Source: Armatimonadota bacterium (GTDB lineage Bacteria; Armatimonadota; UBA5829; DTLH01). From it: 64,000 nt of DNA. This document shows positions 9,547 through 19,789 of the stretch, piece after piece. The stretch lies in assembly GCA_039679675.1 (NCBI GenBank), contig JBDKUN010000065.1, positions 1-64,000 of the forward strand. Direction: 5' to 3'. Every line of letters begins with the position of its first letter. Positions within the stretch are counted from its first letter, which is position 1. The notes beneath the pieces are model-generated. The model made no database searches. It saw only the letters and a program-made list of their open reading frames with translations, and was not told the origin of the DNA. The translations under genes and the position numbers were made by a program.

Positions 9547-10488
9547 ATGAAACGTGCAGCGATTGTCCTTGCGATCTTAATAATCGCCCTGCTTGAGATC
9601 GTCTCCATAAGCCCTGCATGCGCATCGGATAACCCCCTTGACCTGCTCAAAAAAAGCGAAGCCGCCGAGCAGAATATCAGCTACAGAGGGCTGAAGTTTG
9701 CTGATATAAACATAGGCAGGCGCGTAATCCGGGCACATTTCAAGATAGTCCACAAAAAGCCGAACTGCACAAGGACTGAATATTTCCGGCCTTCCGAGCT
9801 CGCAGGAATCGTCGTCATCGAGAAAAATGAGGATTACTGGCGGTTTCTTCCCTCTCAGGGACATTGGCAGCATAATAAGTGGGAACTTGCGCCGCAACGG
9901 ATCAACCTGGCGTTAAGGAATTACAAAGTCACCCAGGCAGGCCGAGATGTAGTGGCCGGAAGGCAGGCTCATGTCATCAAACTGACACCCAGAAAGCGAG
10001 GCAACCCCAGCGAGACGGTTTGGATCGACACAGTGTATCATCTGGTGTTGAAAAACGAACTCAAAAACTCTTCGGGGACTACGATCAGCGTTTCAGCATT
10101 CCGCCAAATCATATTTGAGCCAGGAAACATTACGGATGCTGCGTTCGCTGTGCCCAAAAACGTCAGAACACCGCATAATCCGGTGACTGATCTTGGTTTC
10201 ACGGTAGTCAAGCCCAAATACATGCCGAAAGGCTACTCATTTGTCCAAACAACAAGCGTGCCGGTCGGCAACGATGTCTATGCCGCGCACCTGATGTATA
10301 CGAACGGCATCAACACGATCTCCGTATTCGAACGAAAAGCAGGCGGGAAGAACTCAGGGGATTGGAAGTCCGGGTTCGGCAGCATTGCCAATATGGTGCA
10401 TTTCAGTCATGGCCAGGTGACGTTCACAATTATAGGGGATATAGCCAAGAGGGAACTGCAGCGAATAGCAGACTCACTGAAGAAATGA
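9547..10488 (+). CDS. MucB/RseB-like periplasmic sigma-E regulator
   Basis: Signal peptide; VAGRQAHVIKL..WID LolA-like motif; C-terminal YTNGINTISVFE; synteny with the sigma/anti-sigma pair. Confidence 0.8.
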   Translation: MKRAAIVLAILIIALLEIVSISPACASDNPLDLLKKSEAAEQNISYRGLKFADINIGRRVIRAHFKIVHKKPNCTRTEYFRPSELAGIVVIEKNEDYWRFLPSQGHWQHNKWELAPQRINLALRNYKVTQAGRDVVAGRQAHVIKLTPRKRGNPSETVWIDTVYHLVLKNELKNSSGTTISVSAFRQIIFEPGNITDAAFAVPKNVRTPHNPVTDLGFTVVKPKYMPKGYSFVQTTSVPVGNDVYAAHLMYTNGINTISVFERKAGGKNSGDWKSGFGSIANMVHFSHGQVTFTIIGDIAKRELQRIADSLKK

Positions 10489-10523
10489 GTAAATCCGCTG
10501 CAGTCGAGAAATTTCAAAAACAG

Positions 10524-10748
10524 CTAATCGCTCGCGCAACCGCAGGTTGTGACTTCTATTACCTCATCCACACGGACCCAGACCGGCTCTCCATCCCGGT
10601 CTACATAAAGAACATCGCTTTCTTCCGCAACATCCAGCAAGCGGTCTTTTCGTATCTCGCTCTTACCGTCTGATCCAACCGGAGCTCGATATTTCAGCCA
10701 CAATTTCTCTTCATTATCAAGCCTGGCGGCGATTTTTCCTAAGTCCAT
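10524..10748 (-). CDS. Hypothetical protein (about 74 aa)
   Basis: ATG at 10748 preceded by AGGAGG; protein-like composition. Confidence 0.6.
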   Translation of the reverse strand: MDLGKIAARLDNEEKLWLKYRAPVGSDGKSEIRKDRLLDVAEESDVLYVDRDGEPVWVRVDEVIEVTTCGCASD

Positions 10749-10913
10749 ACTGATTGACGCCTCCTGCAAGCTCCATCAACTTCAATCTATACATTATTAG
10801 GCAGAGTGCGGATATTATCCTCTTTCAGAATGCACTCCATCATATTTTTCCAGCATAAAAGCAGACTAATGAAACCAATAATTGATCCCGATAATTTTGT
10901 CGAGGTGTAAAGG

Positions 10914-11087
10914 ATGTTGATTGCATTCGCTGCTGGATGGATTTTAGGTAGTTTCTCTCTGTATTGCTATCTCATACTGACTGCAAAAGAGCCTCCGAGG
11001 GCTGAGTGCGTGGACTGCCGCGAAGAAAGCTGCGACGGCTGCACAAAACTCGAAAGCGATCAGGAAAATTACAAACTTGCAGCATAA
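10914..11087 (+). CDS. Small membrane-anchored Cys-rich protein (57 aa) with an SsrA-like C-terminus
   Basis: GAGGTG RBS; MLIAFAAGWILGSFSLYCYLILTAKEPPRAECVDCREESCDGCTKLESDQENYKLAA; terminator follows; below the ORF-track length cut-off. Confidence 0.7.
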   Translation: MLIAFAAGWILGSFSLYCYLILTAKEPPRAECVDCREESCDGCTKLESDQENYKLAA

Positions 11088-11092
11088 CATAA

Positions 11093-11132
11093 TAAAAAAG
11101 CCCTTCGGCAACTGTGCCAAGGGCTTTATTTC
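11093..11132. terminator. Bidirectional terminator
   Basis: AAAAAAGCCCTT..GGCA..TGCC.AAGGGCTTTATTT between convergent genes. Confidence 0.7.
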
Positions 11133-11155
11133 TTAAATATTGTTTTCTTTTTAAG

Positions 11156-11398
11156 CTACACGCGGCTGCTTACGAGAGCCAGTGCTACACTGACGGCGAA
11201 AAATGCTATTGCCGACCACTTCGTAAACTCCTGCCATCTGTCTTCGGCGCCGGGTTTGCCCCTGAATGCCGACTCAGACTTGCCGCCGATAGTCCCTGAA
11301 AGACCTTCGCTCTTCGTAGCCTGAGACATGACGAAGAAAAGCAAAACTACAGCAACAACCATTTGCACAATCATCAATATAGTTTTTAAAGATTGCAT
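11156..11398 (-). CDS. secG: Preprotein translocase subunit SecG
   Basis: Two TM segments flanking Q..KSEGLSGTIGG; 80 aa. Confidence 0.88.
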   Translation of the reverse strand: MQSLKTILMIVQMVVAVVLLFFVMSQATKSEGLSGTIGGKSESAFRGKPGAEDRWQEFTKWSAIAFFAVSVALALVSSRV

Positions 11399-11554
11399 TA
11401 AGTAAATCTCCTACCTGCCGAATGCAGCGATAATCCGATAATAAGTATGACTTCACCAAAGCAGTATCAATCTTAGCAGATGTCTGTATTATCGTCAAGG
11501 AAACTGACTCATTTCCGCCGAAACAGTTCAATTACTGCTTATCATTATGGATTA

Positions 11555-13807
11555 TCAGCGATAAACCTTCAGTCGCGGAATTGCAGCCTTCAATTCATCT
11601 ACAGAGATGTCAGATACCTGTGTGTCCTCAAGCCACAGTTCTTGCAGCTGTATTAGTTCTTTTAACGGTGTAATATCAATTACCTGTGTGCTATTAAGCC
11701 ATAGTGTCTGCAGCCGTGCTAGGCCTTTTAAAGGTGTAAGATCAGATACAGCTGTGCCATCAAGCGACAGGTCTTGTAACTGTGTTAGCCCCTTTAAGGG
11801 TGTAATATCAATTACCTGTGTGTTATTAAGCACTAATGCCTGCAGCCCTGTTAATCCTTCTAAAGGTGTAATATCAAACACTTGTGTGTTATCAAGCCAC
11901 AATGTCTGCAGCTGCGCTAGTCCCTTTAACGGTATAATATCAGATACTTGTATGTGACCAAGCCACAGTTCCTGCAGCTCTGTTAATCCTTTTAGCGGCG
12001 TAATATCAGTTACCTGTGTAACATTAAGCACCAGTTTCTGCAGCTGTGTTAATCCTTTTAAGGGTGTAATATCGGTTACGTGTGTACTATTAAGCCATAG
12101 TATCTGCAGCCGTGTCAGCCCTTCTAAAGGTGTAATATCAGATACTTGTGTGCTGCCATCAAGCCACAGTTTCTGCAGCTGTGTCAGCCCTTTTAGAGGT
12201 GTAAGTGATGAAATGAATGATCGACTAAGACCAAGATCAGTGATTTTACTGTAGTCATCCTTCGTTAATTCTTCAGGTTTTTTGTCCAACTGCCTTGCTA
12301 TAGCACTTCGAACTATATCACTATCATTCTCATTGCCCATTATGTAGGCTAAAGCTCCAGTGCTAGAAGGATACTCGATCTGCATCAATTCCAAAAGGTC
12401 TGGGTCAGAAAGTATCTTGCAATATTTGCAAAGCTCCCTATCATTTAGGATCGAATGATACTCGTTGGGAGCGAAGGATAATTTACGGCCTTCTCTATTT
12501 TCCTTTGCTTCATAATCAAGCCCCTCAGCAAATCCAACTTGTTGATCTATGAACGATTGAGGGATGTACTTAATTTGTGGAATCTCTGCCTTGCCACCAT
12601 TTTCACAAACTATCTTCGACCAAATTCCAAATAACCTGTCACCAACTTTTTTTCCTACAAGTTGTCCCCATCCATACTGCTTCTGCTGCAGTATCCTCCG
12701 AACGAAAAACATTTGCATGCCCTGACTGAAAGTGTATAGCGATTTATCTCCATCATCCTTATTAACAACTGTCAGCGCACCAGCACCAGCCATAACAGCG
12801 CTGTTTACCAAGCGCTTTATCTCTCTTGGGTTTTCTCCTCCGAACTTGAGTATCAGCTTTCGGAATATGCCTTGCTCCTTATCGGTCAACTTATCCATAT
12901 AACCGATACCTTTCAGTTGTTCTTCAAGGTAATCTTCTATCTGCTGCTCGCCATGTGAGAGTTCCACTTCTACTTGGAACATCTTGGCGAGGTAGTTGCC
13001 ACTTCGTTCTTCACTAAGCCCCAGTTTCGTGCAGTGCTCCTTTACTAACTCATTGATGGCTATCTTGTCTACACCAACCACGAAGATCATTCTGTCGATA
13101 TTAAGATACAGTTTTAGGGCTTCAAGGACTTCCAATGCGACATCCGGCATACAGCGGTCGAGATCATCGATAAAGACAACCATCCGCTCGTTACGATTCA
13201 ATGAGTTCTTCACCCATTTCTTCAGGGCATTCTCGAAATCATTCAAATAAGCATGCTCGGGATGTGAAACTTCGCGGTATTCTTTAAGTATGTCTTCAAT
13301 AGCCTTAGCGTTAGGTGACATCGCTGCTACGGTATGCACGAAACTTCGCCCAAGAAACATACCAAACTGTTTTACGGCGCTAATAACTTTGGTGATATTA
13401 ACTTCCTGGATGTCTATGCTCTTGATTATTACTTCGGATATCAATCCGCGCCAGACGTCTTCTTTAGTGTGGTATTTCCACGGATAGAACCAGATTGTAC
13501 TGACTTTCTGCTTATTATCATCTTTTCCATCTTTGTTCCACCTGTCCAGGAGATAGTCCAGCCATCTCATAGCGGAAGTCTTGCCAGTTCCCCAGTCTCC
13601 ATAGATGGCGATTGCCATAGGCATACGTGTATTGGGATAACGTAGGATGTCGAATACCGGTCCAAGCTTGTAACTCAACTTGAAACTATCTTTAAAGGCC
13701 TCTTCCGCTGGCAGCGCATGATCGCTTAGCACTGTGCCTTTAGGCGGAGCTAAGGCCAGCTTATCAAGAAACTCCTGTCTGGTATCAGTTTTCTTAGGTT
13801 TGGACAT
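11555..13807 (-). CDS. KAP-family P-loop NTPase fused to C-terminal internalin-like leucine-rich repeats
   Basis: Walker A GDWGTGKTS, Walker B FIDDLDRC, YLAKMFQ and NPREIKR KAP motifs; about ten 22-aa LRRs; start at 13807 after GGAGG. Confidence 0.9.
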   Translation of the reverse strand: MSKPKKTDTRQEFLDKLALAPPKGTVLSDHALPAEEAFKDSFKLSYKLGPVFDILRYPNTRMPMAIAIYGDWGTGKTSAMRWLDYLLDRWNKDGKDDNKQKVSTIWFYPWKYHTKEDVWRGLISEVIIKSIDIQEVNITKVISAVKQFGMFLGRSFVHTVAAMSPNAKAIEDILKEYREVSHPEHAYLNDFENALKKWVKNSLNRNERMVVFIDDLDRCMPDVALEVLEALKLYLNIDRMIFVVGVDKIAINELVKEHCTKLGLSEERSGNYLAKMFQVEVELSHGEQQIEDYLEEQLKGIGYMDKLTDKEQGIFRKLILKFGGENPREIKRLVNSAVMAGAGALTVVNKDDGDKSLYTFSQGMQMFFVRRILQQKQYGWGQLVGKKVGDRLFGIWSKIVCENGGKAEIPQIKYIPQSFIDQQVGFAEGLDYEAKENREGRKLSFAPNEYHSILNDRELCKYCKILSDPDLLELMQIEYPSSTGALAYIMGNENDSDIVRSAIARQLDKKPEELTKDDYSKITDLGLSRSFISSLTPLKGLTQLQKLWLDGSTQVSDITPLEGLTRLQILWLNSTHVTDITPLKGLTQLQKLVLNVTQVTDITPLKGLTELQELWLGHIQVSDIIPLKGLAQLQTLWLDNTQVFDITPLEGLTGLQALVLNNTQVIDITPLKGLTQLQDLSLDGTAVSDLTPLKGLARLQTLWLNSTQVIDITPLKELIQLQELWLEDTQVSDISVDELKAAIPRLKVYR
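11600..12240 (-). repeat. 66-bp tandem repeats encoding LRRs
   Basis: Recurrent GGTGTAATATCA...CTGCAGC..TGT units; protein repeat LxLxxTQVxDITPLKGLTQLQ. Confidence 0.9.
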
Positions 13808-13990
13808 CCGTAAGGCCTCCCAAAGCAAAAAATCCCAAGGGTACTACCGAAAACCAGAAGCTCCCAGTACTACTCTCGGGATATAGATATACTATATGCT
13901 TGAAAGATAGCTTTTTCAAGTTAATATATAGTAAACGTAAAATTCATGGTTGCGTTTAATAAGCCGGATATGGTAGAATTCGGTAGTAAT

Positions 13991-14084
13991 GGAGAGATGG
14001 CTGAGTGGTCGAAAGCGGCCGCCTGCTAAGCGGTTGTAGGGTCATATAGCCCTACCCCGGGTTCGAATCCCGGTCTCTCCGCCA
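13991..14084 (+). tRNA. tRNA-Ser(GCT)
   Basis: GGAGAGA..GCCGC-CTGCTAA-GCGGT, long variable arm, GGTTCGAATCC, CCA; TTGCGT..TGGTAGAAT promoter upstream and hairpin terminator downstream. Confidence 0.96.
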
Positions 14085-14183
14085 CTTGCAGGAGCCCCGA
14101 ATCTATTACAGATTGCGGGGCTTTATTGCCTTATACAGGGTTTCGGCAGCGAAAACTCTGTAGGTGAAAGGAATAGCAGGCTT

Positions 14184-15194
14184 TTGAAACCTGGGTTATG
14201 GATAGTTCTCGCATCGCTTGTGGTTGTCTCGTTCGCGCCCCGCGCAGGAGCGGATGCCTCGCTGGACAAGTATTTCGCGCTGCGGCGAGAACACCACGCT
14301 CTTGATCTTCCGCTTTCCCGTGTCAAAGCCGATCCTCAGGCCTACCAAGGCAAAGTCTTCGAACTGAGGGGAGTCCTCTCAGGCACAGCAAACGGCAGTG
14401 ATAACAACACGTTTCTCATAATCGAATGTGACGGCGGGTCTTATGTGGTCACGACTAACAATACCCCTGAAATATCTCCCAGCAGCAAAATATGCCTGCT
14501 GGTCCGGGTTGGTGAAAGAAGTATTTTGAGCCTTTCCGACCTGCGGCTTGTTGCGTTTGCCCCTTATAACGAAGTCTCTGAGCGGGAAGAAAAAGCTCTC
14601 CTGGCTGAGCATGACAGGAAAGCCCGGCTCGCGGCGAAACGCGCACAGCAGGAAGCGAACCGTGCAAAGCGACAAGCTGCTCGCGCTGCCAAAGCCCCGG
14701 TGTCGACGGACATCGTTGCAGCTTACAAGAATGCCATCAAATCGTTCAACCACAGGCTTTCCGACTCGGAAGCCGATACCATCGCGCAGAGCATACTCGG
14801 CTTCAGCATAAAATATGAAGTCGATCCGCGGCTTGTCGTAGCAGTAATACTCGCAGAATCGCACTTCAATCCGTCCGCAACATCCCCGAAAGGTGCTAAG
14901 GGATTGGGGCAGTTGATGCCGGGAACCGCTGCAGGACTGGGAGTATCCGATGCTTATGACCCTGTAGCAAACATTGCCGGAAGCATAAAGCTGATCCGGG
15001 GGCATCTGAACAGGCTTTCAGGAAACGCCAGTTGGACGGAACTTACATGGAACCATCTGGCGCTTGCACTCGCAAGCTACAATGCAGGCGCGGGAGCCGT
15101 CAGAAAATACGGAGGAGTCCCTCCATACCGCGAAACTCAGACTTACATAAGAAAAGTGCTCTCTATCTACAAAAAGCTCTGCGGAATTAGATAG
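14184..15194 (+). CDS. Lytic transglycosylase (SLT domain) with signal peptide
   Basis: ILAESHFNPSATSPKGAKGLGQLMP, ALASYNAG, PPYRETQTY. Confidence 0.92.
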   Translation: MKPGLWIVLASLVVVSFAPRAGADASLDKYFALRREHHALDLPLSRVKADPQAYQGKVFELRGVLSGTANGSDNNTFLIIECDGGSYVVTTNNTPEISPSSKICLLVRVGERSILSLSDLRLVAFAPYNEVSEREEKALLAEHDRKARLAAKRAQQEANRAKRQAARAAKAPVSTDIVAAYKNAIKSFNHRLSDSEADTIAQSILGFSIKYEVDPRLVVAVILAESHFNPSATSPKGAKGLGQLMPGTAAGLGVSDAYDPVANIAGSIKLIRGHLNRLSGNASWTELTWNHLALALASYNAGAGAVRKYGGVPPYRETQTYIRKVLSIYKKLCGIR

Positions 15195-15266
15195 TAATCA
15201 TCGTTTTTTCTTTACGACTCGTTAAGACCGGGTATAACAAACTCATAAAAACTCTGGAGGCAAGCA

Positions 15267-17843
15267 GTGGTTAAGCAGGTTCTTGACAATGGACTGACCA
15301 TTCTTATCGAGGAGCGCCCGGGAAGCCCCGTAGTCGCCATAGTGACCCATGTGAACACCGGATACTTCAATGAACCGGATGACCGTATGGGCATCTCTCA
15401 TGTCTTCGAGCACATGTTCTTCAAAGGAACTACACACAGGCCTGGACCGGAGGATATAGCACGTGAGACGAAAGCCCTGGGCGGGGTGCTGAACGCCGGT
15501 ACGGGATACGAGTCCACCACCTACTATGTCACTGCCCCGGCAGAGTGTTTCGAGCAGGCGCTCGACATACAGTTCGATGCCTTATCCGATCCGCTGATCG
15601 ATCCTGATGAGCTCTCGAAAGAGATCGAAGTCGTAATCCAGGAAGCCAAGCAAAAACGCGACAATCCGTCTGCGTTCTCTCTTGAAAAAATGTGGGAACG
15701 GGCTTTCGACAGGCACAGAATACGCCGCTGGCGGATCGGCTACCCTGACCAGCTCAGAAATATAACTAGAGACGATCTTCTGCGATATTATCGGGAGAGA
15801 TATACACCCGATAATATCGTTATCTCGGTTGTCGGTGGAGTAGAGTCAGGTGCAGCGCTGCAGTTGATAGATAAGCTGTACTCGGAAATACCGATGAGAA
15901 ACGCCGTCGAGAACCCATCACCTGAGGAATATGAGCAGACCGGGCTTAAATATCTGCGTCTCAAGGGTGACATAAAGCAAAAACTCGTCCAGATCGGCTT
16001 TCAAGCCCCCAAAATACTCGACAGCGACTATTATCCGCTTTCAGTGGCTATAGATATTCTCGGTGAAGGAAGAAGCTCCAGGCTTTACCAGTCGATTATG
16101 GAGCAGAAGCAGATCGTCAGCAGCATCGGTTCATTCTACAGCGCATATAAGGACGTGGGAGTCGTTACGGTATCATCCGAACTCCTTACGGATGACCCAA
16201 GCCAATTGAGCGTCTCGCTTTTCGAAGAGATAGAGAAGCTAAAGAAAGAACCGATCAGAAGAGTAGAGCTTGAAAAGATAAAAAATACCATCGAAAGCGA
16301 CCTGTTCTTCGAACAGGAACATGTGCTTGGCCGGGCTAACCGACTGGCTTACTTCGAAGCGCTCGGCGACTGGCGAATGTCGGATGAATTCGTAGACCGG
16401 TTGAGAAAAGTCGATGCCATCGATGTAGCAAATGCCGCTGCAAAATATCTGACCATAGACCGCGCTACCATTTTCGAGTATATGCCTGAAAGCATCGAGC
16501 TGCCGGAATATACCACTGAGGAACTGCAAGAAAAATCATCCCATGCCGTCCTGCATGTGCCTGGGACACTCCCGTTTACCACGGTTTCCGCTGACGGCAA
16601 TATCACAAAGGCAACCCTGCCGAGCGGAGCAACTCTAATCGCTGAAATCGATCAAAACAACCCAGTTGTCGGTGTAGTCGTATACTTCAAAAGCGGAAGA
16701 TTTTGCGAAATCCCGGAAAACGCTGGTATAACCGAGCTGGCGCTCAGAGCTTCCCTTAAAGGCACTTCCCGCTATTCATCGGAAGAGATCGCACAACGCA
16801 TAGAGAACCTCGGAACGTTTATCGGCATCACCAACAGCTCCGACTTCTGCGGTTACAGCCTGAGAGTGCTTTCAAAGAACTTCGAAGAAGGGTTCGAACT
16901 GCTGTCGGATGTCATCGCGGAACCGGCCTTCCCCAAAGAAGAAGTAGACAAAGAAAAAGAAGCCCTTCGGGCCGACATACGCAGGCTCCAGGACTCCTCT
17001 TTCGGGCATGCGTCCGACCTCCTGGCTGAGGTGGCTTTTCCGAACCATCCGTACGGCCTTCCTGACTACGGCAGGGATAAGACTATTGCCGGACTCACGA
17101 GGGAGCAGGTCGCTGAATGGCATAAATCAATCTGCATTCCTGCTACAGCCGTCGTATCCATCGTCGGCAATATCCATATAGACAGCGCCGCAAAAGCAGT
17201 AGAAAACCTGTTCCAGCGGCTTGGCGAGCGCCATCCAAGCTGCGAACCGACGCTTACAGTCTTTCCAAACGAAATACAGGAACTCGCGGCCGAAAGAGAC
17301 CGGGCTCAGACAGCTGTGGCGCTCGGTTTCCCTGGAGTTACCACGACCGATCCCGCGAGATATTCACTCGATGTCATAGCGGCACTCTGTTCGGGACTTG
17401 GCGGCAGGCTGTTCGCGGAAGTCAGGGGGCGGCTCGGCCTCGCTTATGTCGTATCTGCCGGCAATCATTCGGGATCTGCCGGAGGGATATTTATCATCTA
17501 CACGGCTACTTCGCCGGAGAACGAGATCCTCGCCAGAGAAGCTGTTTTCTCCGAACTTCGGAAGCTGAAGACCGAACCAGCCGATCCTGATGAAATCGCT
17601 AATGCAAAGAACTATATGAAGGGAGTGAAGCTGATTTCAATGCAGACATCCGTCGCCCGCGCGAGAGAACGGGCCGCAAACGAGATTTATGGCCTCGGTA
17701 TTAATGGGACTAAGAACTATCTAGCCGGTATCAACCGCGTGACGGCTGAGGATATTTTAAACACAAGCATACGCCATTTCAACCCGTCCAGATACTGCCT
17801 GGGCGCTGTCCGTGGGACAAAGACAGGCGGAACATCAGCTTGA
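15267..17843 (+). CDS. M16 (pitrilysin/insulinase-like) zinc peptidase
   Basis: Inverted zincin HVFEH motif; duplicated M16 N/C halves. Confidence 0.92.
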   Translation: MVKQVLDNGLTILIEERPGSPVVAIVTHVNTGYFNEPDDRMGISHVFEHMFFKGTTHRPGPEDIARETKALGGVLNAGTGYESTTYYVTAPAECFEQALDIQFDALSDPLIDPDELSKEIEVVIQEAKQKRDNPSAFSLEKMWERAFDRHRIRRWRIGYPDQLRNITRDDLLRYYRERYTPDNIVISVVGGVESGAALQLIDKLYSEIPMRNAVENPSPEEYEQTGLKYLRLKGDIKQKLVQIGFQAPKILDSDYYPLSVAIDILGEGRSSRLYQSIMEQKQIVSSIGSFYSAYKDVGVVTVSSELLTDDPSQLSVSLFEEIEKLKKEPIRRVELEKIKNTIESDLFFEQEHVLGRANRLAYFEALGDWRMSDEFVDRLRKVDAIDVANAAAKYLTIDRATIFEYMPESIELPEYTTEELQEKSSHAVLHVPGTLPFTTVSADGNITKATLPSGATLIAEIDQNNPVVGVVVYFKSGRFCEIPENAGITELALRASLKGTSRYSSEEIAQRIENLGTFIGITNSSDFCGYSLRVLSKNFEEGFELLSDVIAEPAFPKEEVDKEKEALRADIRRLQDSSFGHASDLLAEVAFPNHPYGLPDYGRDKTIAGLTREQVAEWHKSICIPATAVVSIVGNIHIDSAAKAVENLFQRLGERHPSCEPTLTVFPNEIQELAAERDRAQTAVALGFPGVTTTDPARYSLDVIAALCSGLGGRLFAEVRGRLGLAYVVSAGNHSGSAGGIFIIYTATSPENEILAREAVFSELRKLKTEPADPDEIANAKNYMKGVKLISMQTSVARARERAANEIYGLGINGTKNYLAGINRVTAEDILNTSIRHFNPSRYCLGAVRGTKTGGTSA

Positions 17844-18018
17844 ACTATCACAACGAACTTGATTCGGGAGCCATTTCCGCAGTAAACTCTTAATGATGAG
17901 TTCAAGAGTGTCATGGAAGTAGTGGACCCTAAATCGAGTGACATGTTGTTTGTTCAGTGATGTATTTCGTTTATATTGATATGCACGACAAAAATATTGC
18001 ACTTTTCGAGGTTTACCT

Positions 18019-18258
18019 ATGTCCGAACTACCGCTTCTTGCAAGTAAATTGATACAGGTTTCGTCGAACCTGCACCGCGCTTCAGGTCTCCTGACAGGAA
18101 TCTCCATGGGACTTTACTGTATAAAATCCTCCAAGAATATGGACTCCGCTTCCAAGTATATAGACGATGTTCAGGCTATGCTGGATGAGATGAACCTTGA
18201 GATCAACAATGCTTCCAAGGCCGTTCACGAAATCAAGGCAGCATCTGACGAAAAGTAA
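18019..18258 (+). CDS. Hypothetical helical protein
   Basis: ATG after GAGGT; 79 aa, coiled-coil-like. Confidence 0.55.
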   Translation: MSELPLLASKLIQVSSNLHRASGLLTGISMGLYCIKSSKNMDSASKYIDDVQAMLDEMNLEINNASKAVHEIKAASDEK

Positions 18259-18498
18259 AAACAGCCTGCAGCGCCTTTATCTTCATTGATTTGCATCGAT
18301 TGACCACCTTTTATGATGCTCCGCATCGACTGTCTGCTATATTTGCGCGACAAATGTGCATATTTTGCTCATTATGAGCGACAAATACTTGCTTTATGGT
18401 TCAGCTTTTGATAACATACTACTGAGGCTGTTTCGGATGTAGTCCGCATGATTCACGCTTTGTATGAGGCATGCGGTTAGTGAACCAAGGAGGGTGAA

Positions 18499-19011
18499 AT
18501 GCGAATCCCACTTGTTATTATGGCGCTGGTCTGCTGCCTTGCTGCCGCCTCATATGCGGCGACAACACCTGGCACAATCGTAACCGTGTCCGCCAGCGTC
18601 AGCTACTACGACTCTGCAGGAATTGCCATGCCTCAGCAGTCAAGCAACCCCAAGAGTGTTCTTGTCGTTGCCAAAGACCCCGAAAACACAGTCTACCTCA
18701 CAATAAAATCTCTCTATCAAGGCCCTTCCACCATCGGCAGGACGATCAAACTTGTAGGAGAGATAACCACGGATGCCAACGGATTGATATGGATATCTGA
18801 TGGATCGAATATCCTTGAAAATAGCTCGGATGGCAAGCTGACCGGCAGGAAACTCTACTGCCGGGTGGCTCCAGACTTCCTGAGTTCATCCTCCGTAGTG
18901 TCCAATAAAACCGGAAGAATAGTAATAGCCGGAATCAGCCAGGTCGATACGGATAATATTCCGGTCATTATCCCTTCGGGAGATAGTGATATTCAAGACC
19001 TGCCACTGTAA
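18499..19011 (+). CDS. Secreted hypothetical protein
   Basis: AGGAGG RBS, signal peptide, WISDGS-containing beta-rich domain. Confidence 0.75.
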   Translation: MRIPLVIMALVCCLAAASYAATTPGTIVTVSASVSYYDSAGIAMPQQSSNPKSVLVVAKDPENTVYLTIKSLYQGPSTIGRTIKLVGEITTDANGLIWISDGSNILENSSDGKLTGRKLYCRVAPDFLSSSSVVSNKTGRIVIAGISQVDTDNIPVIIPSGDSDIQDLPL

Positions 19012-19074
19012 ACACAAACAGGGAGAAAAAGAGAAGACAAGGCCCCGGACGAAACCATTCTCCGGGGTCTGTTT

Positions 19075-19770
19075 TTATGGACGGAAAAGAAGGACCATCA
19101 CATCGAACGCGACCGACGCGGACCAGTGAAGGACGAAGCCTGGAACGAACGACTTCGCTCTAAGTGCAATCATTCCGAGGATAATACCGGCAGGCAGCGA
19201 CGCGATAAACTCCGGCATCGGTTTTCCCCAATGAAGCAGCATGAACGCCAGCGCCTGGACTATAACGGCTGCCCAGTTGATGGTCCTCGCAAGACCGAAT
19301 AGAAGGTATCCACGGAAGAAGAACTCCCAGCAGAACATGTACATCCCGTAGCTCACCCAGGCATAGACGAGCGAAGCCGGGTCAGTCTCCGAGAAGACAT
19401 TGTCTCCCCTAAACGGGACAAATTGGCATCCTTTAAATATCGGGTAATACTGCTGAAATTCCGGACGCTTTGCGTATATAAAGAACAGTCCAAGCAGTCC
19501 GGCGAACATGATCAGTATTATCCAGCGGACCCGCCGGGATTCTCCAAGCTGAAACCCGAAGTTCGCAGGCTCTTCGCCGAGAAGAAGCATTATTGTAAGC
19601 ATCGGAATGAAGAAAAGGGCGATCAAGTTGCCTACGAGGTAGTATTCGTACCCTTTTGCCATCTGGTTAAAGCTGAGCAGCGACGCGACCAGCGCACCGC
19701 CCGTGATCGCCACGGTCAGGGTAACCAGCCTTCCCCTGTTTTTCCTTTTCGGTTCCGATACTTCGTTCAT
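19075..19770 (-). CDS. CPBP (CAAX/Abi) intramembrane metalloprotease
   Basis: WEFFFRGYLL, FMLLH and VLHW motifs; multiple TM segments. Confidence 0.88.
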   Translation of the reverse strand: MNEVSEPKRKNRGRLVTLTVAITGGALVASLLSFNQMAKGYEYYLVGNLIALFFIPMLTIMLLLGEEPANFGFQLGESRRVRWIILIMFAGLLGLFFIYAKRPEFQQYYPIFKGCQFVPFRGDNVFSETDPASLVYAWVSYGMYMFCWEFFFRGYLLFGLARTINWAAVIVQALAFMLLHWGKPMPEFIASLPAGIILGMIALRAKSFVPGFVLHWSASVAFDVMVLLFRP

Positions 19771-19789
19771 CGAGTTTATACTTTCACTG

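Noticed and set aside
10800..11150. tmRNA (ssrA) near secG, suggested by ENYKLAA-stop
   Set aside because: No tRNA-like GGGG 5' end or T-arm/CCACCA 3' end is visible; the tag-like sequence is the end of an RBS-led 57-codon ORF.
11600..12240. CRISPR array
   Set aside because: The repeats are contiguous 66-bp in-frame LRR codons with no unique spacers; no cas genes.
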